A stretch of DNA of 55,829 bases from Flavobacteriales bacterium (lineage in GTDB: Bacteria > Bacteroidota > Bacteroidia > Flavobacteriales_C > GCA-002722245). Shown piece by piece: positions 11,339-20,746 of this stretch. A model generated the notes under the pieces. That model was not told where the DNA came from, did not search any database, and saw only the letters and a list, made by a program, of their open reading frames with translations. The position numbers were made by a program, and so were the translations under genes. Positions within the stretch are counted from its first letter, which is position 1. Each line of letters begins with the position of its first letter. Location of the stretch: the NCBI GenBank assembly GCA_045561495.1, contig JBJKXR010000007.1:1-55829 (forward strand), in the 5' to 3' direction.

Positions 11339-12688
11339 TTATCTGGCAAAAATTAATTTTTGGGATGGATTTGAAGCAGGCTCAATAATTATTCCATCAT
11401 CATACACTTTTACACCATTCACAAAAGTAGCCTTAATTTGTGCAGCAAATTCTTGCCCTTCAAATGGAGACCATCCACATTTATATAAGATGTTTGATTG
11501 TGTAACTACCCAAGGATTATTCAGGTTTACCAAAACCATATCTGCTTGAAAGCCTTTTTTGATATATCCTCGATTTGGAATTTGAAACAATTCAGCAGGA
11601 GCATGACACATTTTCTCAACTGCCTTTGTTAATGTGATTTTTCCTTGTCTTACCAATTCCAAAACACTTACCATTGCATGCTGAACCAATGGACCTCCTG
11701 ATGGTGCCGAAAAATAGTTGTTGTTTTTTTCATCCAAAGTGTGCGGTGCATGATCTGTGGCTATGATATCAATTCTATTATCCAAAACAGCCTGAAGTAC
11801 TCCTTCCCTATCCGCTGAAGATTTTACTGCGGGATTCCATTTAATATGGGTTCCTTTTGTTTCATATTCCTCATCTGTAAACCATAAATGGTGGATACAA
11901 GCTTCAGCAGTAATTCTTTTCTCTTTAAGGGGAATATCATTTCTAAAAAGATTTGTCTCCTTAGCTGTCGATATGTGCAAAACATGCAACCTTGCATCCA
12001 ATTCTTTAGCCAATTCAACAGCCATACTTGATGATTTGTAACAGGCTTCCACATCTCGAATTATCGGGTGATATTTTATAGGCAGTTCTTCACCAAATTG
12101 AGCCTTATATTTTGCTTCATTTCCGCGAACAGTTGCTTCATCTTCGCAATGGGTGGCTATTAGTAAGTCACATTTGCCGAAAATATTCCTAAGAGTTTCT
12201 CGGTTATCAACCAACATATTTCCTGTAGAGGAACCCATAAATATTTTAATCCCACACACATTTTTTCCATCAACGGCCAATACCTCATCGATATTTTCAT
12301 TTGTAGCACCAAAGAAAAAAGAATGATTGGCTAAAGCATCCTTAGATGCAATTTCAAATTTATTTTCTAATTGAGAATGAGTAGTGGTTTGAGGATTTGT
12401 ATTGGGCATTTCCATAAAAGAAGTAATGCCGCCCGCAACAGCAGCTCTACTTTCTGTTCGGATATTTGCTTTATGGGTTAAACCTGGTTCACGGAAATGG
12501 ACTTGATCATCAATCATTCCTGGCAAAAGATGTAGTCCACTTGCATCAAATATCTCCGCATTTTCATCGGAAAAATTATAATCTCCTTTAATTACGTCTT
12601 TAATTTTACCCTCCTCAACAACAACATTTCCGATAAATTCTTCTCCCTCATTTACGATTGTTGCATTTTTGATATATAATGTGGACAT
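11339..12688 (-). CDS. pyrC: Dihydroorotase
   Basis: IDDQVHFREPG, MPNT, KIFMGSSTG, HCEDE, KWNP, ATDHAPH, KCGWSPFEG. Confidence 0.92.
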   Translation of the reverse strand: MSTLYIKNATIVNEGEEFIGNVVVEEGKIKDVIKGDYNFSDENAEIFDASGLHLLPGMIDDQVHFREPGLTHKANIRTESRAAVAGGITSFMEMPNTNPQTTTHSQLENKFEIASKDALANHSFFFGATNENIDEVLAVDGKNVCGIKIFMGSSTGNMLVDNRETLRNIFGKCDLLIATHCEDEATVRGNEAKYKAQFGEELPIKYHPIIRDVEACYKSSSMAVELAKELDARLHVLHISTAKETNLFRNDIPLKEKRITAEACIHHLWFTDEEYETKGTHIKWNPAVKSSADREGVLQAVLDNRIDIIATDHAPHTLDEKNNNYFSAPSGGPLVQHAMVSVLELVRQGKITLTKAVEKMCHAPAELFQIPNRGYIKKGFQADMVLVNLNNPWVVTQSNILYKCGWSPFEGQEFAAQIKATFVNGVKVYDDGIIIEPASNPSQKLIFAR

Positions 12689-12706
12689 AATCTAATTTTT
12701 TGCGTA

Positions 12707-12714
12707 CAAAAATA
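12707..12714 (-). promoter_or_regulatory. Bacteroidota -7 promoter element (pyrC-lepA)
   Basis: The minus strand reads TATTTTTG, about 20 nt upstream of the start codon. Confidence 0.5.
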
Positions 12715-12775
12715 ACACTTTAAAAACTGCTGAAAACAACTTTAAAGAGTAAACTTCTAAATAAACTACTGAGAA

Positions 12776-13501
12776 TTAATATTTCTTGAACCAAGATTTG
12801 ATTTTCATGAACAAGACCCCTAAAATAGCTTCTTTGAAAATTGATGAGCTCATTTTAGACTGACCTTTCTTACGGTCGGTAAAAATTATTGGAACTTCTT
12901 TTATGTTAAATCCTAATCGCCAAGCAGTGAATTTCATTTCAATTTGAAAAGCATATCCCACAAAATTGATTTTATCCAAGCGAATTCTTTCCAAAACAGA
13001 ACGGTTGTAACACACAAAACCTGCAGTAGTATCTTGAACGGGCATGCGGGTAACCCAACGAACATAAACAGAAGCAAAATAACTCATAAGAACTCTACTC
13101 ATTGGCCAGTTGACTACATTAACCCCACTTACATATCTTGAACCTACTGACACATCTGCTCCATCTTTTACGCAGGCATCATAAAGCTCTATTAATGATG
13201 AAGGCGGATGCGAAAAATCAGCATCCATTTCAATTACATAATTATAACCTCTTTTTAAAGACCACTCAAAACCATGAATATAAGCTGTTCCTAAACCTAA
13301 CTTACCTTTTCTTTCTTCAATATGAAGTTGTTCAGGAAATTCGTTTTGCATTTTTTTAACAACATCCGCAGTTCCATCTGGAGAACCATCATCTACAATT
13401 AAAACATGATATACTTTTTCCAAATCAAAAACCACACGAAGAATTTCCTCGATATTATCAATTTCATTGTACGTTGGTATAATTATTAAAGTATCCGACA
13501 T
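12776..13501 (-). CDS. Polyprenol monophosphomannose synthase (GT2, DPM1-like)
   Basis: IIPTYNE, VDDGSPDGT, GLGTAY, EMDADFSH, GSRY, GYAFQIE, FTDR..G.SKMS. Confidence 0.92.
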   Translation of the reverse strand: MSDTLIIIPTYNEIDNIEEILRVVFDLEKVYHVLIVDDGSPDGTADVVKKMQNEFPEQLHIEERKGKLGLGTAYIHGFEWSLKRGYNYVIEMDADFSHPPSSLIELYDACVKDGADVSVGSRYVSGVNVVNWPMSRVLMSYFASVYVRWVTRMPVQDTTAGFVCYNRSVLERIRLDKINFVGYAFQIEMKFTAWRLGFNIKEVPIIFTDRKKGQSKMSSSIFKEAILGVLFMKIKSWFKKY

Positions 13502-13544
13502 TTTCAAAGTGAACCAAGATAATTATAAAATTTAAACGGGTAAT

Positions 13545-14309
13545 TTATTTAAGAAAATTTAATACCTCGTCAAAAAAATGTTTTGGGTTTTCCGCATGCA
13601 TCCAATGTCCAGAATTTTCAATTGTTGAGTACTGAGCCATTGGAAATATCTCTTCTATAGTATCAATATCTTCAAGAGTTATATAATCAGAATTTTCCCC
13701 TCTTATGAAGAGTGTAGGGTTTGTAAAATAAGCAAACCCCTCAAGTTCTTCACCAATATTTTCAATTTTTTTATCCAGCACCTTCAGATTAAACTTCCAA
13801 CCCAATTGTTCTTTATTAATCCATGTTAATCCTTTCATTAAAAACTGAACAATTCCTTGATCCGCAATTGTCTCCTCTATTTTGGCTTGTACTTTTTTTC
13901 TGTTTGTTTGGACTGAAAAATCAACTGATTTTAGGGCTGAAATTACATCTTGATGATGCGGAGGATAATATTTAGGAGCAATGTCTGCGACAATCATTTT
14001 TTTAATGAATTGTGGTTCTTGAATGGAAAACTGCATAACTGTTTTACCCCCCATTGAATGCCCTAACAAATTTGTTTCCTCAATACCTTGCTGCTGTAAA
14101 AATTCTTTTAGGTCAGAAGCCATGGCCGAATAATTGTGCTCATCAAAATGAGGCGATTTACCATGATTTCTTTGATCAACAATATACGTTGTAAAGTAAT
14201 TTCCGAATTGTTTTCCAAGCGATTGCCAATTGTCCAAAGAACCAAACAATCCATGAAGAATCACCAAGTTATCACTTCCCTCGCCATATTTTTTATAGTT
14301 CAATCCCAT
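13545..14309 (-). CDS. Alpha/beta hydrolase (YbfF/ABHD11-like esterase)
   Basis: [18 protein letters not shown], nucleophile [15 protein letters not shown]. Confidence 0.9.
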   Translation of the reverse strand: MGLNYKKYGEGSDNLVILHGLFGSLDNWQSLGKQFGNYFTTYIVDQRNHGKSPHFDEHNYSAMASDLKEFLQQQGIEETNLLGHSMGGKTVMQFSIQEPQFIKKMIVADIAPKYYPPHHQDVISALKSVDFSVQTNRKKVQAKIEETIADQGIVQFLMKGLTWINKEQLGWKFNLKVLDKKIENIGEELEGFAYFTNPTLFIRGENSDYITLEDIDTIEEIFPMAQYSTIENSGHWMHAENPKHFFDEVLNFLK

Positions 14310-15027
14310 ATTTACTATTTAGAGCTCTTCTATATAATTGAATTGTGTTTTCTAATCCTAGGTACAATGCATCCGAAATCAACGCATGTCCAATACTTAC
14401 TTCGTCAACTTCAGGAATCTCACTTGCCCAAAAATTTAAATTATTCAAATTTAAATCATGACCTGCATTCAACCCCAAGCCTATTTCTTTTGCAAATTTA
14501 GCCGCGTCTTTATATGGTTGGATTCCATTTTTATTGCCTTTTCCATATTGGAAAGCAAAATCCTCTGTATACAATTCTATTCTATCAGCACCTGTTTTTT
14601 TTGCCCATTCAATTTGATTTAAAACCGGATCCATAAAAACAGACACTCGAATTCCATTATTTTTAAATTCTCCAACAATCTCCGTCAAAAATTCAAAATT
14701 ACTCTTGGCATCCCATCCTGCATTGCTTGTAATTGCATTTGGTGGATCAGGAACAAGTGTAACTTGGGCAGGTGTATTTTCATTTACCAATTCAACAAAA
14801 CCATCTCCCGGATATCCTTCTATATTAAATTCTGTAGATAAGATGGGCTTTAAGTCTCTTACATCTTGATATTTAATATGCCTTTCATCAGGACGAGGAT
14901 GAACCGTTATTCCTTGTGCTCCAAATCGCTCACAATCCTTGGCAACCTTTATCAAATTAGGAACATCCCCCCCGCGAGAATTTCGAAGTGTAGCAATCTT
15001 ATTTATGTTCACACTCAGTAACGTCAT
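14293..15027 (-). CDS. pdxJ: Pyridoxine 5'-phosphate synthase
   Basis: [47 protein letters not shown]. Confidence 0.97.
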   Translation of the reverse strand: MTLLSVNINKIATLRNSRGGDVPNLIKVAKDCERFGAQGITVHPRPDERHIKYQDVRDLKPILSTEFNIEGYPGDGFVELVNENTPAQVTLVPDPPNAITSNAGWDAKSNFEFLTEIVGEFKNNGIRVSVFMDPVLNQIEWAKKTGADRIELYTEDFAFQYGKGNKNGIQPYKDAAKFAKEIGLGLNAGHDLNLNNLNFWASEIPEVDEVSIGHALISDALYLGLENTIQLYRRALNSKYGIEL

Positions 15028-15050
15028 TACTTTTATTTATAAATCCAACA

Positions 15051-15058
15051 CAAAGCTA
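15051..15058 (-). promoter_or_regulatory. Bacteroidota -7 promoter element (pdxJ)
   Basis: The minus strand reads TAGCTTTG. Confidence 0.5.
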
Positions 15059-15160
15059 AAAAAATACTACTTTTATAACTTGAATTCGAACACAATTTCT
15101 AATTCAGATTTCCTGTATATAAAAATTGTTCATTTATAAATTGTAAAATATTAAATAACA

Positions 15161-15823
15161 TTGATCGCTAAAGAGTTAATATCCATCCACATCCCATCTA
15201 TATCTCGCAATGATGATGGAGAAAAAGCATTGTTGATTATGGATGAAAACCGTGTTTCTCATCTTGCTGTTGTTGACAATGGAGAATATCATGGATTAAT
15301 TTCAGATACTGAGATTTATGATTTGGAGGATACTTTTGTTCCTATAAATAAGTTGAAACCTGTACTAATTAATCCTTCGGTTAAACAGTATGATTACATT
15401 TATGACATTTTAGGAATATTTGCTGAAAACAACATTACTGCCCTTCCTGTTTTAGATGATAATGATCAATACCTTGGAGTTATTGGCCAGGAACAAATTG
15501 TTAAGGCGCTTCGAAAAATAACGAATGCAAATGAACCTGGTGGTGTAATTGTGCTAGGGTTAAACATAAGAGACTATTCGATGGTTCAGGTAGCCCAAAT
15601 AGTTGAAAGTGAAGGTGCTAAAATATTATCTGCATACACCAGCACACAAGAAAACTCGCTAAAAATGGACTTGGTGCTTAAAATTAACAAGTCCGATTTA
15701 TCCCCTTTAATTGCAAGTTTTGATCGCTTCAATTATGAAATTAAGGCTTCTTTTCATGAAAGTTCTCATGAAGAAGATTTGCAAAGCCGATATGACCAAT
15801 TTTTAAAGTATTTAAACATCTAA
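15161..15823 (+). CDS. CBS-domain protein (AcuB-like, CBS-CBS plus ACT-like)
   Basis: Two CBS repeats (HLAVVD...GLIS; LPVLDD...LGVI), EPGGVIVL...DYS..QVAQIVES; conserved upstream of nadK. Confidence 0.88.
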   Translation: MIAKELISIHIPSISRNDDGEKALLIMDENRVSHLAVVDNGEYHGLISDTEIYDLEDTFVPINKLKPVLINPSVKQYDYIYDILGIFAENNITALPVLDDNDQYLGVIGQEQIVKALRKITNANEPGGVIVLGLNIRDYSMVQVAQIVESEGAKILSAYTSTQENSLKMDLVLKINKSDLSPLIASFDRFNYEIKASFHESSHEEDLQSRYDQFLKYLNI

Positions 15824-15828
15824 TTTCC

Positions 15829-17199
15829 GTGCGAGGTTATTGGATTGGGATACTTTTTTGTTTTGCGCTTCTTGATAGCCAAAGTCAGGCTGTCCAGAGC
15901 ATAAAAATCGTTGGAAATAAAACTACAAAGGAAAAAATAATATTCAGAGAATTGTCCTTTTGTGTTGGACAGACCGTTTTAGCAACTGATACAGCAGAAC
16001 ATAAAATAAAATCTGAGAATAACTTATTCAATACGTCACTTTTCAATTTCACCAAAATAAACTTTAAGGACTCCCTAGGCAACTGGGTAGTTCTTATTGA
16101 GCTTCAAGAAAGATGGTATATCTGGCCAGAGGTAATTGTTAAATTTCAAGAGAGAAATTTCGCAGAGTGGTGGAAAAATAAAAATTTCTCTAGAGTAGAT
16201 TTTGGTTTACATCTAAACAAACTGAATTTCTTGGGATTAAACCAAACTGTTCAAGTAAATTCATATTTGGGATTCACAGAAAGCTTTGGGTTCCTATACA
16301 AAGTCCCTTATTTTAATAAAAAACTAAAAGATGGTTTTAAAATTTCTGCTGAATATGCAACTCAAAATGAAGTTTTTGTAGAGATTGATAACGATGAAAT
16401 GGTGTACATTAAAAACGACTCTATTCCCATTCAATCTTCATTAAAATTTCAATTAGAATATTTTAGACGAACTGGATTTTACCAAACACAATTTTTTAAT
16501 GCTCGATTTATACAACTCAAGGGTTGGGATATCTTACGCCCTTTATCGGAAACTTATTTTGGAAATTCGAAGTCATCGTTGCAGTTTGTTAATTTAAGTT
16601 ATCGCTATAAGTTTGATAAACGGTTCAGTCAAAACTACCCTCTAAATGGATACTTTTTTGATGTTCAAATTGACCAATTTGGATTAGGGAACATAGATAA
16701 ATCAAGTATTTTTGTTACTCGACTACTTTCCAGTTATCGAAAATATTGGAAAATAAACCATCGATATTTTTTTGCAGCAGGTGCCTACCTGAACCATTAT
16801 TTTAATGAAAAAACACCGTTTTATTTACAAGGCGGATTAGGGTTTAGTAGCTACGTAAGAGGTTATGAACCATACATTATTTATGGAAAAACTTCAGGTT
16901 TAGTAAAAACTAATTTTAAAACTAAACTGGTAAAAACAAAAGCCGTTACAATTCCAATGATTAAAAAAATTAAAAAATTTAGTAAAATTCATTTTGCTGT
17001 ATATTGGAATTGCTATCTAGACATGGGTTATGTTCATCTAGCCAACCCCTTGAACAATACCTTAGCCAATCAACTTTTAATTGGCGGTGGTTCCGGTGTA
17101 GATTGGGTAACATATTATGATATTGTGATTCGTACAGAATACTCGATAAACCAATTCGGGAACACAAACTTTAACATCAGTTTTGTGTCACCACTTTAA
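15829..17199 (+). CDS. Omp85 (BamA/TamA)-family outer membrane protein with a single POTRA domain
   Basis: IVGNKTTKEKIIFREL POTRA start, ERWYIWP, NFLGLNQ, YVRGYE lid-loop motif, aromatic-rich barrel. Confidence 0.82.
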   Translation: MRGYWIGILFCFALLDSQSQAVQSIKIVGNKTTKEKIIFRELSFCVGQTVLATDTAEHKIKSENNLFNTSLFNFTKINFKDSLGNWVVLIELQERWYIWPEVIVKFQERNFAEWWKNKNFSRVDFGLHLNKLNFLGLNQTVQVNSYLGFTESFGFLYKVPYFNKKLKDGFKISAEYATQNEVFVEIDNDEMVYIKNDSIPIQSSLKFQLEYFRRTGFYQTQFFNARFIQLKGWDILRPLSETYFGNSKSSLQFVNLSYRYKFDKRFSQNYPLNGYFFDVQIDQFGLGNIDKSSIFVTRLLSSYRKYWKINHRYFFAAGAYLNHYFNEKTPFYLQGGLGFSSYVRGYEPYIIYGKTSGLVKTNFKTKLVKTKAVTIPMIKKIKKFSKIHFAVYWNCYLDMGYVHLANPLNNTLANQLLIGGGSGVDWVTYYDIVIRTEYSINQFGNTNFNISFVSPL

Positions 17200-17261
17200 C
17201 CTACATTTATTGTAACCTCATCGACCATTTATTTGTACATTAGAGTCAGATTGAATTAACT

Positions 17262-18143
17262 ATGAAAATAGGCGTTTACGGAATAAAGTTTAATCCTGAT
17301 AAATTAAGTACTTTTCAAAATTTGTTTACTTATTTAAAAACAAAGCTTGATAAAAACACAATATCAATATACTCAGGGTTATATAAGCAATTGGTAGGTA
17401 ATGTGAAAGACATTGATGATTTCGATAATTTTTCCTACTCAGATGAAATAAAAAATTACGATTTGCTAATTTGTTTAGGAGGTGATGGTTCAATTTTAGA
17501 TTCACTTTCGATTGTTCGAAGTTCAAATGTCCCTGTTTTTGGTATAAATACTGGAAGACTAGGATTCTTGTCCAGTGTATCCTCTGAAGAAGTAAAAAAG
17601 CCTCTGGATAAAATACTTTCAGGCAATTTAAAATATGATCGAAGAAGTATCTTAAAACTATCTACGAAATCAAACCATTTTGGTGACATTAATTATGCCT
17701 TAAATGAAGTAACTGTCCAAAAGAAAGATTCGTCGTCTATGATGACAATTCACGCATATGTAGATGATGAGTATTTAAATTCCTATTGGGCGGATGGTTT
17801 AATTGTTTCTACTCCAACTGGATCAACGGGCTACAACCTAAGTTGTTCTGGGCCTATAATTATGCCTGGAAGCGAAGTTTTTATAATTACTCCAATTGCT
17901 CCTCACAATTTAAATGTACGACCTCTAATAATCCCGGATAATAAAAAAATCACATTAAAACTAGAGGGACGTGATGATGAATTTCTTGTTGCTTTAGATG
18001 CTCGAAGTGAACCTATAAAAATTAATGAAGAACTTACAATTGAACATGGTGAATTTTACATGAATGTAGTTAGAACTCCCAATCACTCTTTCTTTTCAAC
18101 CATACGCAATAAGCTAAACTGGGGATTGGACAGTAGAAACTAA
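17262..18143 (+). CDS. nadK: NAD kinase
   Basis: GGDGS, GINTGRLGFL, LNE, ADGLIVSTPTGSTGY, PIAPH. Confidence 0.96.
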   Translation: MKIGVYGIKFNPDKLSTFQNLFTYLKTKLDKNTISIYSGLYKQLVGNVKDIDDFDNFSYSDEIKNYDLLICLGGDGSILDSLSIVRSSNVPVFGINTGRLGFLSSVSSEEVKKPLDKILSGNLKYDRRSILKLSTKSNHFGDINYALNEVTVQKKDSSSMMTIHAYVDDEYLNSYWADGLIVSTPTGSTGYNLSCSGPIIMPGSEVFIITPIAPHNLNVRPLIIPDNKKITLKLEGRDDEFLVALDARSEPIKINEELTIEHGEFYMNVVRTPNHSFFSTIRNKLNWGLDSRN

Positions 18144-18185
18144 AAATTAATTCATACATGTTGTCGACGAAAACTTTGAAATTTA

Positions 18186-18193
18186 TATATTTG
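18186..18193 (+). promoter_or_regulatory. Bacteroidota -7 promoter element
   Basis: TATATTTG about 30 nt upstream of ATG 18223. Confidence 0.5.
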
Positions 18194-18222
18194 TTGACTT
18201 GTAGTGTTCTAAATAATTAAAA

Positions 18223-19116
18223 ATGAGAACAAAAGTACTTTTACTTGTCGTTTTATTAGGAGCCTTTTTTAGTTCCGATGCTCAACGTTGGAAGAGATAT
18301 AGATGGGAAACTATTTACGGAATTGGTGCGTCTAATTTTCTTGGTGAGCTTGGAGGGGCTAATCAGGTTGGTACCAACTACATGAAAGATTATGACTGGA
18401 AAGCAACAAGACCAGCTCTTATGGTGGGAATGCGTTTCAAACAAACCCAACAAATTTCTCACAAAGCAAGTTTAACTTTAGGAATGGTTTCCGGAGATGA
18501 TTCTTGGACTACAGAATACTACAGAAGCTTAAGAAACTTAAATTTTAGAGCTCCAATTATTGAACTGGGATATAATTTTGAATTCTATTTGAAAAAAGAA
18601 AAAAGAGGACACCGTTTTAAATTAAGAGGGGTTCGAGGATTAAAAAACATGGGACTATACCCTTATGGTTTCTTTGGTGTTTCAGGTTTCTTTTTTTCGC
18701 CTCAAGGTAAGGTTGGAGGAGATTGGAAGTGGTTAAAACCATTAAAAACTGAAGGTCAAACTTTGTCACCATCTAGAAAACCCTACAGTTTAGTTCAAGT
18801 AGCAATTCCTCTTGGAGTTGGAATAAAGTATGCTGTTGATAGAAGATGGTTAGTAAGTATAGAATATGGTATACGAAAAACATTCACGGATTACATTGAT
18901 GATGTAAGCTCAACTTATTTCCCCAATGATATTATTTTAGCTGAAGTAGGATCCGTTGCCGCATTGGCAGCAGACCCAACCGAGGGAACATGGATAGGTT
19001 CACAATCGTATCAACAGCGTGGTGATCCTACAAATAATGATTCGTATATGTTTTTAATAATAGGTGCCAATTATAAATTAAAAACTACAAGAGGCGGTTT
19101 GCCTAAATTTAGATAG
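18223..19116 (+). CDS. DUF6089 / PorG-like outer membrane beta-barrel protein
   Basis: G.SNFLGEL, RNLNFR, TEGQ, IPLGVGIKY, RKTFTDYIDDVS, RGDPTNNDSY. Confidence 0.8.
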   Translation: MRTKVLLLVVLLGAFFSSDAQRWKRYRWETIYGIGASNFLGELGGANQVGTNYMKDYDWKATRPALMVGMRFKQTQQISHKASLTLGMVSGDDSWTTEYYRSLRNLNFRAPIIELGYNFEFYLKKEKRGHRFKLRGVRGLKNMGLYPYGFFGVSGFFFSPQGKVGGDWKWLKPLKTEGQTLSPSRKPYSLVQVAIPLGVGIKYAVDRRWLVSIEYGIRKTFTDYIDDVSSTYFPNDIILAEVGSVAALAADPTEGTWIGSQSYQQRGDPTNNDSYMFLIIGANYKLKTTRGGLPKFR

Positions 19117-19141
19117 TATTTTATATTGCTCAAAAACACTA

Positions 19142-19168
19142 AAAACCTAAACATTGCGTTTAGGTTTT
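19142..19168. terminator. Intergenic hairpin between the two PorG-like genes
   Basis: AAAACCTAAAC-ATTGC-GTTTAGGTTTT, perfect 11-bp stem. Confidence 0.55.
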
Positions 19169-19175
19169 GTCTTTT

Positions 19176-19952
19176 ATGAAAAGGAAACTTTATCACATAC
19201 TTGTATTATTAACATTTACTTTAGCAGGGTTTTGTCAAACACCATATTCCAGCTGGGAATTAGGAATATATGGTGGAGAATCTTACTATTTAGGCGACCT
19301 TAATCAAACTCATTTTCAGCCTTTTAACCTTTCGTTCGGACCTCGTTTGCGGTATAATTATGATCAAAGAATTGGACTAAAAGGATTATTAACTATTGGT
19401 GAAATTAGTGCAGATGACGCTAACAGCAATAACTCGTTTGATAGAGATAGAAATTTTGCTTTCACCTCACAACTAATTGAGGGGGCTTTAGTTGGAGAAT
19501 TTAATTTCCTTCCCTACTCTGCTTTAGATAGCAAGTCAAGATTAGCTACTCCATTCTTATTTTTAGGTGTTGGATACACAAAACACAACCCTAAAGCACA
19601 ATTGAATGGGATTTTACTAAGTACACAAGGGTTACAAACTGAAGGTGTGAATTTTAAAAAAAACATCCTTTCTGTACCCATTGGAGTTGGGTATAAAATT
19701 AGGACCAATAGGTTTGGATTTGAGTTTACTTGGGGAATTAGGAAAACCAATTCTGATTACTTAGATGATGTCAGCACCAATTTTATTGACGCTTCTAACT
19801 CTTCTGGTCAAACAAATATTGCTAATACAACACAATACGAAAATGTAGCTAACGTTAAGCGAGGTGATCAATACAACAAAGACTGGTACGTTTTTACTGG
19901 ATTAACAATTTTTGTGAATCTAACTCCTGAAGAGGTATGCAGAAAAATGTAA
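19176..19952 (+). CDS. porG: Type IX secretion-associated PorG (DUF6089) beta-barrel protein
   Basis: GG.SYYLGDLN, RNFAF, EFNFLPY, SDYLDDVS, DWYVFTGLT, C-terminal Cys; canonical position immediately upstream of uppS-bamA. Confidence 0.75.
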   Translation: MKRKLYHILVLLTFTLAGFCQTPYSSWELGIYGGESYYLGDLNQTHFQPFNLSFGPRLRYNYDQRIGLKGLLTIGEISADDANSNNSFDRDRNFAFTSQLIEGALVGEFNFLPYSALDSKSRLATPFLFLGVGYTKHNPKAQLNGILLSTQGLQTEGVNFKKNILSVPIGVGYKIRTNRFGFEFTWGIRKTNSDYLDDVSTNFIDASNSSGQTNIANTTQYENVANVKRGDQYNKDWYVFTGLTIFVNLTPEEVCRKM

Positions 19953-19996
19953 TTAAAAGCTTATTTTTGTGGATTAATAGCTAGAAAAAGTAGTTA

Positions 19997-20746
19997 ATGG
20001 CTGAATTCAACGAAGTTAATAAAGAGAATATTCCCAAGCATGTTGCAATTATTATGGACGGCAATGGACGATGGGCTACCCAAAAAGGGAAACTTCGTGT
20101 CTTTGGACATAGAAATGGTGTAAAAGCCGTTCAGTCTACAATTGAAGGAGCTGCAAAAATTGGTATTCAATACATTACCCTTTACGCATTTTCTACTGAA
20201 AATTGGAATCGACCTAAATTTGAAGTAAATGCATTAATGGAATTATTGGTGGATACCATTCAAAAAGAAATCAATACTTTAAATAAAAACAAAATTCGCT
20301 TACAAGCAATCGGAGATTTAAAGTCTCTACCCAAAAAAGCAAAAGAAAAATTAGAAAATGCCATCAATGAAACTGCCCAAAACGACCATATGACTTTGAT
20401 TTTAGCCTTAAGCTATTCCTCAAAATGGGAAATTATTAATGCAGTAAGAGAAATATCTGATAAAGTTAAATCGGGAGAAATATCCACCGATCAAATTAAC
20501 GAAGGTTTAATGGACAAATCTTTATCAACAACAGGCATTCCTGACCCTGAATTAATGATTAGAACCTCGGGTGAGCATCGTATAAGTAACTTTCTGCTTT
20601 GGCAATTGGCTTATGCAGAACTCTATTTCACACCTAAACTCTGGCCAGACTTTAGAGAAAAAGATTTGTATGAAGCATTATTGAGCTTTCAAAAAAGAGA
20701 GAGACGCTTTGGGAAAACAAGTGAACAAATTACTGAATCAAATTAA
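19997..20746 (+). CDS. uppS: Isoprenyl transferase (undecaprenyl diphosphate synthase)
   Basis: PKHVAIIMDGNGRWA, YAFSTENW.RP, IRTSGE.RISNFLLWQ, RERRFG. TATTTTTG -7 element at 19962-19969. Confidence 0.97.
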   Translation: MAEFNEVNKENIPKHVAIIMDGNGRWATQKGKLRVFGHRNGVKAVQSTIEGAAKIGIQYITLYAFSTENWNRPKFEVNALMELLVDTIQKEINTLNKNKIRLQAIGDLKSLPKKAKEKLENAINETAQNDHMTLILALSYSSKWEIINAVREISDKVKSGEISTDQINEGLMDKSLSTTGIPDPELMIRTSGEHRISNFLLWQLAYAELYFTPKLWPDFREKDLYEALLSFQKRERRFGKTSEQITESN